DNA from: an uncultured Gemmatimonadales bacterium
GTDB lineage: Bacteria > Gemmatimonadota > Gemmatimonadetes > Gemmatimonadales > GWC2-71-9
Direction of reading: 5' to 3'
Assembly: GCA_963798915.1 (NCBI GenBank)
Contig: CAWCVB010000002.1
Location: 384,001-448,000 of the forward strand
Length of the DNA stretch: 64,000 nt
A program made the position numbers and the translations under genes. The notes under the pieces were generated by a model. That model was given only the letters and a program-made list of their open reading frames with translations. It did not search any database and was not told the origin of the DNA. Below, piece by piece: positions 48,605 to 62,537 of this stretch (position 1 is the stretch's first letter; every line of letters starts with the position of its first letter).

Positions 48605-51105
48605 TCATTGGCGACTCAAAGTCAGCGTGAGCTGGTAGCTCGCGGTTCCGCCGCCATCTCCGTTCACCCCAATTTTCGTCGAGAAGACGTAGAAGCTTGC
48701 CGCCAGCGTTCCAGTTCGATCAACCTGCACCGTGTCCGACGTTCCGGCGCCATTCAGGCATGGACGTATTAACACGGTATCGATTGTCGTGGCACCCACC
48801 AGAACTGCCTGGGCACCTGATCCACCCGCGGCCGGGCAGGTTCCCGCAAGTGAACCGGTCAGGGTATACCGCATCGGTGCAGTCAGTTGGAACCCCACCG
48901 CAAGGCCGAACTCCGCAACCGAGCTCCTGCCGGTGATTGTTCCGTCAGCAGAAAGCGAGATGGCAGAGGACGAGACTGTTCCTGAGCCTGAACTGTTTGC
49001 GGTTCCGATCACGTTGGCACAGGTCGCGGCATCGCTGAGACTGGTGCCGTCGCGTTCGATAAGGCAATTGTTGGGAGAATCGGGAAAGTCGAAGACGCTG
49101 ACACCGACAAGGCTCTGGATTCCGAAAAATGCCACAGAGCCCGGGCTCGAGTCAGTGACCTGAAGCATCGCCTGGGCGTCCGGTGCGATCTCGAATGATA
49201 CCGGCATCGGGATCCCGAAGAGTCTCGCCTTCACGAAGGCATAGAAGACCTGCTGGCCGGTATCGGCGGCGAGGAAATCGGTCTGGCAGGTGAAGACCTT
49301 TTGTCCCGATGTGGCAGCGAGATCGGTGCAGCCCGGCCGGCTCAGCTCCAAGGTGAACCCGCCATTGCCATCCGGCACTTTCCGCCGGATCTCCACACCA
49401 TCCACCGCGTCCAGTCCGAGGTAGGTCACGGGATCGAGGGTCACGGTAAACGTGGCCTGGTCGCCCAGCTGGGTACTGTCGCCCGCGCGGACAGAGGGCG
49501 GTGTGACAGTGAACGTGCCCTTGGGTGAGGTGGCGAGCGGGCTGAAGCTGGGTTCGAAGCTGGCGCTCAGCAGGGTGATCTTGAGCAGCTTGGCCAGCAG
49601 CTCGACCGAGCTGCCGGTGCCGGCCTTGAGGAAGGGTGTGAGCTGGAATCCCGAGGCATAGGTGGGGTCGGCGACCTGGGCCGTCTGGCTGGCGAGGTCC
49701 ACCGACTGGGTGAGGCCGCCCTGGAACTTGAATGCGTCGAATTCCAGCGCGCTCACCTGCAGCGCCTTGAGGAAGGGGTTCACCAACGCCAGCTTGGCAA
49801 AGCCGGCACCTGAGACCGCCAGTTGCGCCCGAAAGGCGGAGTCGAACGGGGTGGGCAGGGCGGGCTTGAAGCTGCCATCGGCGTTGCTGGTCAGATTCAA
49901 TACCGGGTTGCAACCTGCGGTGCAGTCCACCCCCACTGAGGCATCGGCGTGCGCCTGCACAAAGAGGTCAAAGCCGAACCCACCCAGGTTGAGCTCGCCG
50001 CCAGCCTTGAAGCTGACGCCGAGCGGTACTGCGGGTGAAAGTACGGCACCCACCGGCCCGCCGAACGGCAGAATCAGGACGCCAAGCGCCTTGCTGCACT
50101 CGACCGAGCCGTTGAAGGCACCTGTCAGTCGCGGATCGGCCGTGAGACTTCCATCCAGACCGCCTGTCAGCACCAGGCGCTGGAGGCCGCCCAGGCTGGC
50201 GTCATACTGAAAGTCGAGACTCAGGTTCGGGGTGACATCGAAGCTGAAGTTCTGCAACGTGAAGAGCGAGGCAGTGATCTCCACGCCCTCCTCGACCTTG
50301 CACTCGAAGGGGCCCAGCTCGAACTCCTGCTCCGCGCTTCGCGTGCTGACATAGCTGGCTCGGCCGCGGAGCCTGATCCCGCCGTCTGGCGTCACATCGG
50401 GATGGAACGCGCGGCTTGCCTGGGCACTCAGCACCTTGGGCACGTTGGCCAGCGATATGCTTTCATTGATCACGAGCTGCTGGAAGAGGTCGGGCAGGGC
50501 CACGACTTCGAGCGTGGCATCCACGGCGCTGCCCGCGGCGGCCACACTCACCACCCGTCCGCCGACCGTGGCGCCGCCGGAGGCCAGCACCAGCTGGCCC
50601 ACCGCGGGCGAGGCGCCCCGGAGCGCACTACGTACTGATAGCCGAGATCGAACGGGGCGGTGGCATCCACCGGCGTGATGCTGATGACTTGCGAATCGGC
50701 CACCAGCAGGGCGCCACTGGCGGGCTGGGCGATGAGTACCAGCATGGGCGCACTGGTGAGCCCGCCACCGGTCGCCGTGATCTGGGCCGAGCCGAGCGCG
50801 CCCACCGCCGTGGCGTGGCCGTCAGCGGTGACGCTCACCATGCCGGTGTTGGACGACTGCCAGGTGACGCTGGGTGCCAGGACCTCGTGGCCGTCCGCAT
50901 CCAGCGCACGCACCGTGAGCACCCGGCTCTCCCCCGCCTGGGTAAACAGTACCGCGCCCGGCACGACCTCCAGCCGGCTGGCCGTGCCCGGCCCGGGACC
51001 GGGCCCAGGGCCCGGGCCGGTGCTGTCCCCGCCGCCACAGCCCGTCAGGGCAAGGAACAGCAGGGACGGCACCAGCCCCGACAGGGCAAGCGGTCTCGAT
51101 GTCAT
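48605..51105 (-). CDS. Large Ig-like (Big_2) lipoprotein, frameshift near 50625
   Basis: LTGC lipobox, VTWQSSN..V..DG; the paralog fragment has the extra C that restores the frame. Confidence 0.75.
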
Positions 51106-51305
51106 CGGCTCCACTCCTCGATCAATTGGGCCAGCTCTGTGCTGCCCTTGAAAGTTCGTTTTTCTCCGGTGCCCAGTCGTTCGACCACGCCGGCACAATC
51201 CGCCGCCGGATCGGTCGCCACCCGGCGGATTCGGAGCATGAAGTAGCTCAACCGGTCAGGAACAACCGGCGCAGCATCGGCCTGCGTGGTTTGCGCGTTT
51301 GCCAT
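51102..51305 (-). CDS. 67-aa hypothetical microprotein
   Basis: SYFMLRI..GVVERLGTGEKRTF..EL; ATGA overlap with the lipoprotein. Confidence 0.7.
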   Translation of the reverse strand: MANAQTTQADAAPVVPDRLSYFMLRIRRVATDPAADCAGVVERLGTGEKRTFKGSTELAQLIEEWSR

Positions 51306-51381
51306 ACGCGCTGCATGTTAGGGCACCGCTGCCAAGGCGCCGTCAAACGGGTGCCAACCTCTTGCCTCGTGGACGTTTGGC

Positions 51382-54300
51382 ATGTACTCCCTGGAGACGC
51401 TGGGATGCGTCCGGCTGACCATCAACGGCGTGCCGCTTCTGGCGGGACGCCGCAAGCTTCTCTGCGTGCTTGCCTTTCTCGCCCGCTCCCGCCACCCGGT
51501 AAGCCGCTCCCGGCTCGCCGACCTCTTCTGGCCCGGGGACAACGAGTCTCGCTCCCGCCGCTCGGTACGCCAGGCGCTGGCGGAACTGCGGCGCGCATTG
51601 GGCGGGGCAGCAGCGTTGGTGGAAGACGACGGCGGCGTGATGCTGGCGCCAGGCACCCTGGAGGTGGACGCATCGCTGCTGGAAGCCGCCATGCAACGCG
51701 GCGACTGGAGGCAGGCATTCGAGCGCTGGGGTGGAGATTTTCTGCCCGGACTGGAGGATGTCGGCGGGGAGGATGTTCGCATCTGGCTGGAGACGGAGCG
51801 CCAGGCGCTGAGCCTGCAGTTTGCCCAGGCCGCGGAGGCGCTGGCATCCGACGCGGAACTGAGGAGCGAGTGGGAGAGCGCCCTCGCCGTCACCTCTCGC
51901 TGGACCGAGGCGCTTCCCCTGGACGAGCGAGCGGTCTTCCGCCAACTCCAGCTCCTCCATCGCGCCGGCCGCGGGAATGAATCGGCTCGCCAGCGCGCGG
52001 CTTATATCGAACGGGTGCGGCGTGAGCTGGATGCCGAGCCCTCCGCACAGTTCCTTCGTGATACCGGTGTCCTCGCCACTCCGCCCACGGGCATTCCATT
52101 GCCGGGGGCCTCTACTGCGCTGCTGTACCCGACCTCATCGGCGGGCACCCCGAACTCACCCGGCTCAATGCGCTGTGGGACCGGGCTCGGCGAGGCCAAG
52201 CCGCGGTCGGCATGGTTGAGGGTGAGGAGGGGAGTGGCAAGAGCCGGCTGGTGGACGAGTTTCTCCGGTCGCTCGGCGAACAGGACCCACAGACGCTTTT
52301 CCTTCGCGCGCGCGCCTTCGAGGCGGAGCGCGATCGGCCCTGGGTCCTCGCCCGACATCTGCTGGCGCCATTGGCCGCCGCACCGGGTCTGGCCGCCGCG
52401 CCGGCGTCGGCACTGCGGGCGCTGGCCGCGCTGGTGCCGGACGTGATCGCCCGCTTTCCCTCTCTTCCGGCGACCGAACCGGATGACATCGCCGAGGCCG
52501 TGACGCGGGTACTGGCTGAAGTGGCCGCCGAGGTGCCAGTGGTCATGGCGGTGGACGACATGGACCTGGCTGATGCCAACAGCTCCGAGCTGATCGAAAC
52601 ACTCTGCCGGAGACCGGTGCCGGGCATGCTCCTGCTGGCGACATTCCGGACCGGTACCTTGCCTTCGCTGGTGGACCTCGCGCGACGATCGCCCGATGCG
52701 GCAGCATTGAGTCACCTGAGGCTTGGACCACTCACGGCGGCGCAGGTCGGCCAGCTACTGGCGAGCATGGGCGAGTTCGATCCGGCCGGCCGGGAGGCGC
52801 TTGCCCGACAGCTGCACGCCGAGAGCGGGGGAAACCCGCTCGCGGTGGTGGAATTCGTCACCGGCCTGGCGCAGGACGGCGGGATCGCACCGGGGCCGGT
52901 GGGACGGTGGACGGTGCGGGCATCGCATGACTCGGCGTTGCCATTACCGTCGTCGCTGCAGGATGCGATTGGCGCTCGGCTCCGCCGGATGCCGCCAGAT
53001 GCAATCCGAGTCCTTCGTGCCGCTGCGGTGCTGGGCCGGGAATCGGAGCTCGACCTGCTCCTGAGCGTCTCCAGTCTCGATGCCAGACGGCTTGAGGACG
53101 CGATCGGCGAGTTGGTGGAACACCGGCTGCTTCGGCTGGTATCAAACACGCCCGCCCGCCTCGAATTTGGCCATGAGCTGACTCGCCGCCTGGTATACGA
53201 GGGCACGCCGCCGCTTGAGCGGCAGGCGTTGCATCGCCGGGCCTATCGGGCCCTTCGTCACGCGGAGGCCGATGCCGCGCGCGAGTCAGCGCTGGCGTAC
53301 CATCGTGTTCGCGCCGGTCGCTGGCGCGCCGTATCCAGGCAAGGCCTGGTGGCCGCGGCCAGCCTGACCGTGGTGATCGGAATCGTCGCGGCATCGTTGG
53401 TGGCACACCCAAGGCGACATCCGGACGCGCGACGGATTGCCGTGATGCCTTTCGTTGCCGCTGGTGACAGCGCCGCCGGCGAGCTGGCCGCGCTGATGCC
53501 GCAGCTAGTCGACGTGGCCTTGATGGGTGCGCCAGGGATCGAGGTCGAGGAACTCACGGGGGATTCCGCTCCACTATCGGCCAGCGACGAGGCGCGGCGA
53601 CTCGGTCGGCACCTGCGCCTCCAGGGAACGGTGGGCGTGAAAGGATCCCGGGTGGAGATCCGGGCGTCGCTCCGTGACGCGCAGCATCCGGACCAGATCA
53701 TCTCAACCGCCGAGGGTGAAGGCGCGCTGGCCGACCTCCCGGCCGTGGCTGGAGATCTCATCCGGGCATTGTTGCCGGATCTGCCGACGTTGCGACTGTC
53801 GCGCTTTCGTCTGAGCGCCGCCCACACCACATCGCTACCGGCGCTGCATTCGTATCTGCTCGGCGAATTGGATGCGCGCCGACTTGAAATGGAAGCGGCC
53901 GCGCATGCGTTCTGGCAGGCCGCTCAGGCCGATCCGGACTTTGCCGCGGCCTGGCACGAGCTCGCACGCGTGAACGACTGGTACGCGCTGGGGAATCGCG
54001 CGCAGATACTGGAAGATTCCGCCGTGCGGCACATGGACGGGCTCACCCCACGCAGCCGGCTGAATCTCGAGGGGTGGCAGCTCTTTGCGTCCGGGCAGCC
54101 GGACGATGCGGAGCGGCGGTTTGAATCGGTGCTGGATTTTGCGCCGGGGACGCCGGAAGCGAGCATCGGGATGGCGGAGACGCTGTTGCATTTCAACTGG
54201 GCACGTGGCCGGGATGTGGACGAGTCCCAACCGTACTGGGAGGCCGCGCGCGACGCCGACCCGGATGACTGGCGGCCCCACGTGCACCTCTGGCAACAGG

Positions 54301-55351
54301 CGGCGCGGCAAGGGCGAGTGTCCGATGCCGCGGTCGAGCTTCGGCGACTCATTGCGCTGGAGGGCGAAGGAGAAGCGGCCCGCTCTTTCAGGATCGTCCT
54401 GGCCGGGCTGGAGGCAGACTCGGTGGCGGTCATGCGGCAGCTTGATGCAGCCACCGACATCAGTGCGTGGGAGCTGACGGACCTCACGGAGGAGCTCGGC
54501 GCAACTGTCGGGAGACCTGATCTCGCAGAGGCGACTGCCACACGCCTCGCCTTCCCCACGCGAAATCCCGAGCTTCGCGCTTTTGGTCATGAACTGCTGG
54601 CGCATCTTGCCCTGGCGAAAGGACAATGGCGCCGGGCCCTGGCCCAGCTGGATAGTGCGGAACAGCTGGAGCCGGTCTCGGCGGGAACCGAGCGCGCACT
54701 CTTCTGGTCCACTCCATTCCTCCCGCCCGGACTGAATCCGGATTCGGGTCGGCGCGCGGCGCGCCTGCGGCTGGCCGGCGCGCCGCTCCATCGGGTGCGG
54801 CGAACGTTCGATTTCTGGTTTGATTTCGACCGCACTCGCGAGCCGCTGCTGCGCAAGTATCTCGACCACTTGCTTGCTGCCCAGCTTGGAGAGGCGACCT
54901 CGCCGGGACTGCCCATCAGCGGCCTCGCGGAGTGGAGCGACTCGCTGGCGCGCGTGCAACCGTTTCTTGAACGAAGCGCCGCGGCATGGTCGGCAGCCGG
55001 AGCAGGGGACTCTGCGGATGCGATCACTCTGCTTCTGGGCTCATGGAACGGGACGCGGGCAGTCGAACCGAACCTGTCGGTGTTTTTCGCGCGTCCCTGG
55101 GATCGGTGGCTCATGGCCCAGGCGCTTGCGCAGAGCGGACGGCAGCAGGAAGCGCTTCGGTGGTACGGGGGGCTCGGCGTGGTGTCGCTCGCCGACTATG
55201 CCTACACGGCGCCAGCCGCGCTCGAACGGGCGCGCCTTCTGGAGCGGCTGGGGCGCCCCGAGGAGGCCCGGTGGGAGTATCGGCGATTTGTCAGCCTGTG
55301 GGCGGCGGCGGACCCGGAATTCCAGCCGGAGGTGGAGATGGCAAGAGAGAG

Positions 55352-55370
<19 letters not shown>
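51382..55370 (+). CDS. wHTH/BTAD + AAA ATPase + TM + TPR-like regulator, frameshift near 52128
   Basis: SRSRLADLFWP..RQAL, PLDE; Walker A GEEGSGKS; VDD; SGGNPL; TM helix; TPR-like tail. Confidence 0.85.
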
Positions 55371-57303
<1,933 letters not shown>

Positions 57304-57376
57304 CCACTGTGACCCACCGCACCACCTCGACACTCCCCGAGTGTGATTGTAGGACCACACACTCTGGGAGGGTCCC

Positions 57377-57826
57377 ATGCGAGCGCGAGAATTGATGACG
57401 CCGGCACCGGCCTGCTGTACGACCTCCGATTCGATACAGGATGCAGCGAAGATGCTCGGCTCCTACGACGTGGGCTCATTGCCCGTCGTAGAAAGCAACG
57501 AGGGTGGCCGGCTGGTCGGTATCGTGACTGACCGCGACCTGGTACTCAACGCCCTGGCCGAGGGGAAGTTCGATGCCAAGGTTGGCGACGTCATGACGGC
57601 AGAGCCGCGCGCCGTGCAGGAAGACGATGATATCGCCGAGGTCGAGCGGATCATGGCGGAGGAGCAGGTGCGCCGCGTCCCGGTGATCAACCGGCAGGGT
57701 GGTATCGTGGGCATCATCAGCCAGGCCGACCTGGCCCTGTGTGACGAAGGTGTCAGCGAACGGCAGGTGGCCCGCGTGGTGGAGCGGATCTCGGAGCCGA
57801 CCACCGAGCCGGCACCGCGCGCCTGA
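57377..57826 (+). CDS. CBS-domain protein
   Basis: VGSLPVV, GIVTDRDL, QVRRVPV, GIISQADL. Confidence 0.92.
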   Translation: MRARELMTPAPACCTTSDSIQDAAKMLGSYDVGSLPVVESNEGGRLVGIVTDRDLVLNALAEGKFDAKVGDVMTAEPRAVQEDDDIAEVERIMAEEQVRRVPVINRQGGIVGIISQADLALCDEGVSERQVARVVERISEPTTEPAPRA

Positions 57827-57885
57827 CGCTTCCGCGGTCGCAGCCGGAATCGTAGCTTCCGGGCTCCTTCGACGGAGGCTCCAGC

Positions 57886-58800
57886 ATGAAGCGTCTGATC
57901 GCACTCGCGCTCGGCCTCGGGTGGACCGCGGCCTGCGGCCGGCAGGACCAGCCAGCCCGGACGGCGGACACGCCAGCCGCCGCCACCCATGTGGCGACCA
58001 TCGGCGGGCTGTCCGCGCCCGAATCCGTCATCCACGACACCGACCAGGACGTCTACTTCGTCACCAACATCAACGGGAACCCGGGTGCCAAGGATGGCAA
58101 CGGGTTCATCAGCCGTGTGACGCCTGACGGCTCGATCGACTCGCTGCACTTCGTCATGGGTGGGCGGGATGGCGCGGTCCTCAATGCGCCGAAGGGGACT
58201 GCGATAACCGGTGATACCCTCTGGGTCGCCGACCTCGATGCCGTGCGAGGGTTTGACCGGCACACCGGCGCTCCCCTCGCCACCGTCGAGTTCGGAGCAC
58301 GGGCTCGATTCCTCAACGATCTTGCCGCCGGGCCCGATGGGCAGCTCTACGTCAGTGAAATGGGCGTGGCGGCCAACGACCGGGGAGAAATGTCGCCGAC
58401 TGGACTCGACAATGTCTTCCGCATCGGTGCCGGCCACCGCATCGCGTCGGTCATGACCCGGGCCAAGGTGCCGATGCCCAACGGCATTGTGATGCATGCC
58501 GGTGCGCTGCTGATCGGCAGTTATGCGGACTCGGCAGTGCGGCAGTGGCAGGATGGAGTAGACAGCCTGATCACCGTGGGCCAGGCCAGCGGCACGGTGG
58601 ATGGGCTGGCCGTGCTGGATGACGGTCGGGTGATTGCCTCCAGCTGGGACGACTCCACCATCGCCGTGGTCGGCGCGACTCCTGAACCACTGGTAACGGG
58701 CGTTGCCGCTCCCGCAGATTTCGGGGTGGACCGGAAGCGTCATCGGCTGCTGGTTCCCCAGCTCACCGAAGATCAGGTGCAGATCTGGCAGCTGCACTGA
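57886..58800 (+). CDS. SMP-30/gluconolactonase-like lipoprotein
   Basis: TAAC lipobox, PESV, LNAPKG, FLND, PNGI, DG, PAD. Confidence 0.85.
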   Translation: MKRLIALALGLGWTAACGRQDQPARTADTPAAATHVATIGGLSAPESVIHDTDQDVYFVTNINGNPGAKDGNGFISRVTPDGSIDSLHFVMGGRDGAVLNAPKGTAITGDTLWVADLDAVRGFDRHTGAPLATVEFGARARFLNDLAAGPDGQLYVSEMGVAANDRGEMSPTGLDNVFRIGAGHRIASVMTRAKVPMPNGIVMHAGALLIGSYADSAVRQWQDGVDSLITVGQASGTVDGLAVLDDGRVIASSWDDSTIAVVGATPEPLVTGVAAPADFGVDRKRHRLLVPQLTEDQVQIWQLH

Positions 58801-58816
58801 CCTGCCAATCCAGGTG

Positions 58817-58850
58817 CAGAAAGCCCGGCCAAACAGCCGGGCTTTCTGTT
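58817..58850 (+). terminator. Rho-independent terminator
   Basis: CAGAAAGCCCGGC-CAAACA-GCCGGGCTTTCTG then TT. Confidence 0.8.
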
Positions 58851-59023
58851 GTACCATGCCCTGCATTTCTGGCAGCCGACCGCGTCCGTACCCTGCCGTT
58901 TTCGGACGCTGGTACGGTCATCCCGGCCGATGCCGCGGGCACGCGAGGTGCGGAAAAGACTGCGGCGCCGGCCCGATACCGCAGGAGCCGGCAGGCACTC
59001 AGACAAGAAGGAGACTGACCCTC

Positions 59024-59554
59024 ATGTATCTCACCACCATGCGCCGTCGTGGCGACGGCATGAACAACCTGCGGCGACTGACGTCTGCCCTCGATGATGC
59101 CTTTGGCAACTGGCCCATCGGCCAGGCACTGGAGGGGTCGATCACGTCGGCGTGGGTTCCGGCTTGTGACGTATTCGAGGACAAGGACAGCGTCAAGATC
59201 GTGATGGAGGTGCCGGGCGTCGCCCCGGATGACGTGAAGCTGCAGATCGAAAACAACATGCTCAGCATCCGGGGCGAGAAGCGCCAGGTGGCCGAAGAGA
59301 CGGCCGAACGAGTGCATCGCTATGAGCGGAGCTACGGGACCTTCGAGCGGACCTTCTCGCTTCCCACCACCGTGGATGCCGACCAGATCGAGGCCGATGT
59401 GTCAGACGGCGTGCTCACGGTGCTGCTGCCGAAAGCCGAGCGGGCCCGGCCCCGGCAGATCCAGGTGAAGTCGGGTGCGACAGGGCGAAATAAGGAACAG
59501 CCCTCACTCGAGTCCCGCACGGCCCGTAGGGATACGGAGCCCACTCCGAAATAG
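59024..59554 (+). CDS. Hsp20/alpha-crystallin small heat-shock protein
   Basis: EVPGV, ERSYGTFERTFSLP, DGVLTVLLPK; AAGGAG RBS. Confidence 0.93.
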   Translation: MYLTTMRRRGDGMNNLRRLTSALDDAFGNWPIGQALEGSITSAWVPACDVFEDKDSVKIVMEVPGVAPDDVKLQIENNMLSIRGEKRQVAEETAERVHRYERSYGTFERTFSLPTTVDADQIEADVSDGVLTVLLPKAERARPRQIQVKSGATGRNKEQPSLESRTARRDTEPTPK

Positions 59555-59595
59555 CGCGGATGGCCGGCACGCGCGAGGCGGCATAAGCTTCGCGC

Positions 59596-60726
59596 GTGCT
59601 TGACCGCATCCCGTTTCACGCTGCCAGCATCAATCACCGCATTGCCGGCCTCGACATGCGCGAGGACTTCGTGCTGCACGACGACGACCAGGCGTCGTTG
59701 CTGGCGCGGGCCGCGGCCCAGGGCCGGGTGCTGGTGCCGATCTCGACCTGCAACAGGATCGAGTGGTACCACTGGGGTACGGCCGAATCGCCGGACACGC
59801 CCGTCTCCACCCGTGCTCCGGTCGCGCGCCTCACCGGTCGAGCCGCGGTGCGGCACCTGTTCGCTGTTTCCGCCGGGCTGGAATCGCAACTGGTCGGCGA
59901 ATCCGAGATCCTGGGCCAGGTGCGCCGGGCCTGGACCCGAGCCCGCAATGCGGGCGCCACCAACCTCCCCGTCAACCTCATCTTCAGCCAGGCACTGAGC
60001 GCTGGTCGCCGGCTGCGCCGGGACACCTGGGTCGGGCGGCATGCGCGGTCGGTGACCCAGGCAGGCGTCCGGCGCGTGCTCCAGGGTCGTAAGGAACCTC
60101 GGGTCCTGGTGCTCGGTGCCGGCGAGGCGGTGCGAAGCACGTTGCGCGAGCTATCCGCCATGAAGCTTCGTGACGTCGCGATCGTGTGTCGTCGGCCGGA
60201 GATGGCGCTTCCTCTCGTGGCCGATCGCGCCAGCTGGTCGCTGGCCCCCTGGAGCCGACTGGCCGAGGAATGCCGGCGAGCCGACATCATCATCGCCGCG
60301 ACGGCGGCACGGCAGCCGGTGATCGGTCCCACGTTGCTGGACGGCCGCCGATGCACGCTGCTCGATCTTGGCGTCCCGAGAAATGTGGATCCCGCCGTCC
60401 GGCACTTGGCCGGCGTCGAGCTGCTGGATCTCGACGACCTTCGGCTGGAAGGCTGCGAGCCGCGCGCTGAGCTGCTTCAGCAGGCCTGGCAAATCCTGGA
60501 TGCCGAGCTGGACCACCTGGGCGACCTGCTCAAGGCCAGGTCGCGGGCACCGCGGCTGGCGGCGCTGCACCAGGAAGGCGCCCGCATCGCCAGCGAAGAA
60601 GCCGAGCGGGTCCTGCGTGAGTTGGATCAACTGGACCCGTCGGGTGAAGCGCTGGTCCGTCAGCTGGCCGAGCGGGTGGCGAAACGGGTGCTGTTTCCGG
60701 CCTCACGACTGATTCGCGAGGTCTGA
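59596..60726 (+). CDS. hemA: Glutamyl-tRNA reductase
   Basis: STCNRIE, GLESQLVGESEILGQV, GAGE, DLGVPRNV. Confidence 0.92.
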   Translation: MLDRIPFHAASINHRIAGLDMREDFVLHDDDQASLLARAAAQGRVLVPISTCNRIEWYHWGTAESPDTPVSTRAPVARLTGRAAVRHLFAVSAGLESQLVGESEILGQVRRAWTRARNAGATNLPVNLIFSQALSAGRRLRRDTWVGRHARSVTQAGVRRVLQGRKEPRVLVLGAGEAVRSTLRELSAMKLRDVAIVCRRPEMALPLVADRASWSLAPWSRLAEECRRADIIIAATAARQPVIGPTLLDGRRCTLLDLGVPRNVDPAVRHLAGVELLDLDDLRLEGCEPRAELLQQAWQILDAELDHLGDLLKARSRAPRLAALHQEGARIASEEAERVLRELDQLDPSGEALVRQLAERVAKRVLFPASRLIREV

Positions 60727-61796
60727 TCGTCGCTGGCGGGATTGAGGATTCGGCGGCAGTGCGGGTTGGTGCAGCCGGGGCAATGCAGCGCGTACTGCCG
60801 CGACGCCAGGGTGGCACTGGCGAGGTGTGCCCGGACAATGTCGGCCAGGGCATCGAGAAAGATCGGGTTGTCGTTGAGGGCCGGGGCGCGCACATACCGC
60901 GTGATCCCGGCCCTTCTGGCAAGGTGGCCATACTCAATGTCCAGCTCGCTCAGCGTCTCGATGTGGTCGCTGGTGAACGCAATTGGCACCACCACCACGT
61001 TCCGCTCCCCGCGCGCACCCAGCCGCCGGATAACCGATGCGGTACTCGGCCCCAGCCACCTGACCGGTCCCACCTCGCTCTGGTAGGCCAGCAAGTAGCG
61101 ATTGCGGGATCCGAGCCGCTGCATGACTCCATTGACGCTGGCGCCGATCTCCTGCGGGTAGGGATCGCCCCGGTCGATCACGCTGAGCGGCAGGGAATGG
61201 GCGCTGAACAGGATCACGGCGCCGTCGCGCTCGCTGGCCGGAATCTGCTCGAGCCCCGCCCGGACGCTCCCGGTCATCGCGTCGAGAAAGCCGGCATGCA
61301 CTGGCCAGCGGTCGATCACGCTCCAGCGAACCGCCTGCTCGACCCCAACGCGCGCCGCCGCGCGCCACAGTTCATTGAGGCTGGAGCCGGTCGTCGCGCA
61401 GGAAAACTGAGGGTACTGGGTGAAGGCCACCGCGCGCGTCACGCCATCGTGATGCATGGCCCGCAGCGCGTCCTCGCTGTTCGGACGGGCGTACCGGAAC
61501 GCGACATAGAACCGGTGCGGTGCGGTGTCGGGCGAGAGGCGGTCGAGCCGCCGCACCATCGCCTTGCCCTGTATGCTGGTCCAATGGAGGATCGGCGAGC
61601 CGCCGCCAATGCCCTCGTAGAGCTTGCGCACCTTGGGCGACCGCCGGCGCGCAATGAACGGCCCAAGCCAGCGCTGCAACGGCAGCTGGATGATCTCGCG
61701 GTCGGCGAACAACTCGAGCAGAAAAGGCTCGACGTCGTCGAGGGTTGCGGGACCGCCAAGATTCAGCAGGACAATGCCGGTTGGCGCGGAAGACAT
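60660..61796 (-). CDS. hemH: Ferrochelatase
   Basis: LNLGGP, GGGSP, FSAHSLP, GDPY, FTSDHIETL. Confidence 0.96.
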   Translation of the reverse strand: MSSAPTGIVLLNLGGPATLDDVEPFLLELFADREIIQLPLQRWLGPFIARRRSPKVRKLYEGIGGGSPILHWTSIQGKAMVRRLDRLSPDTAPHRFYVAFRYARPNSEDALRAMHHDGVTRAVAFTQYPQFSCATTGSSLNELWRAAARVGVEQAVRWSVIDRWPVHAGFLDAMTGSVRAGLEQIPASERDGAVILFSAHSLPLSVIDRGDPYPQEIGASVNGVMQRLGSRNRYLLAYQSEVGPVRWLGPSTASVIRRLGARGERNVVVVPIAFTSDHIETLSELDIEYGHLARRAGITRYVRAPALNDNPIFLDALADIVRAHLASATLASRQYALHCPGCTNPHCRRILNPASDDQTSRISREAGNSTRFATRSAS

Positions 61797-61867
61797 GCGC
61801 GGGAATGTGCGGTGCCGATCTGGTGGGCACCATCCGAGAGACTACGGAGTTAAAGCGGCGATCCCGC

Positions 61868-62521
61868 CTAGCGGGAAACCAGCCCCGTGTCCAGCGCGAG
61901 CTTGGTGAGCCCCGCGACCGTCTTGATGCCCAGCTTTCGCATGAGACTTTCGCGGTGGGTTTCCACGGTGCGATGACTGATGCCGAGTTCGGCCGCAATT
62001 TCCTTGTTCGTCCGACCCAGGGCGATCCCCACCAGCACCTCTCGTTCGCGACCGGTGAGGGCGTCGAGCGGTCCGGGCACTTCACCCGACTCGCCGCGCA
62101 CCGCGGCCCGCAGGCGGTGCGCAATGGGTGCGCTGAAATATTCCTCGCCGTCCTGCACCGCGCGGATGGCGCGACGCAGCTCGGTCGCGGCCGAATCCTT
62201 GAGCAGGTAGCCATGTGCGCCTGCCCGGACGCTCTCCAGCACATACTCCGGGTTGTCATGCATGCTCAGGATCAGGATCCGCGCCGTGGGCACCGACCGG
62301 CGGATCCGCGAGGCCGCCTGCAGCCCCGACTCGCCCGGCATCGAGATGTCGAGCAGCACAATGTCAGGTTGGTGTTCCTCGGCCAGCTGGACGGCCTCGC
62401 CCGCCGTGGCCGCTTCCGCAACGATGCTGAACCCCGGCTCACCCTCGAGCACGTGGCGGATCCCTTCCCGCACCACGGTGTGGTCGTCGGCCACCAGGAC
62501 CCGGATGTCGGCATTCATCAT
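61868..62521 (-). CDS. NarL/LuxR-family response regulator
   Basis: ADDH, LLDISMP, GYLLK, LTGREREV, TVETHR. Confidence 0.95.
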   Translation of the reverse strand: MMNADIRVLVADDHTVVREGIRHVLEGEPGFSIVAEAATAGEAVQLAEEHQPDIVLLDISMPGESGLQAASRIRRSVPTARILILSMHDNPEYVLESVRAGAHGYLLKDSAATELRRAIRAVQDGEEYFSAPIAHRLRAAVRGESGEVPGPLDALTGREREVLVGIALGRTNKEIAAELGISHRTVETHRESLMRKLGIKTVAGLTKLALDTGLVSR

Positions 62522-62537
62522 GGATGCAATCTATCCG

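Noticed and set aside
46731..51040. Near-identical repeat pair as a DGR template/variable region
   Set aside because: Differences are not adenine-specific, many are synonymous, and no reverse transcriptase is in the window
57335..57370. CRP/FNR site or structured RNA upstream of the CBS gene
   Set aside because: TGTGA...CCACA spacing is non-canonical; the hairpin alone supports no family call
58992..59020. CIRCE operator upstream of hsp20
   Set aside because: Only one GGCACTC half-site; no GAGTGC at 9-bp spacing
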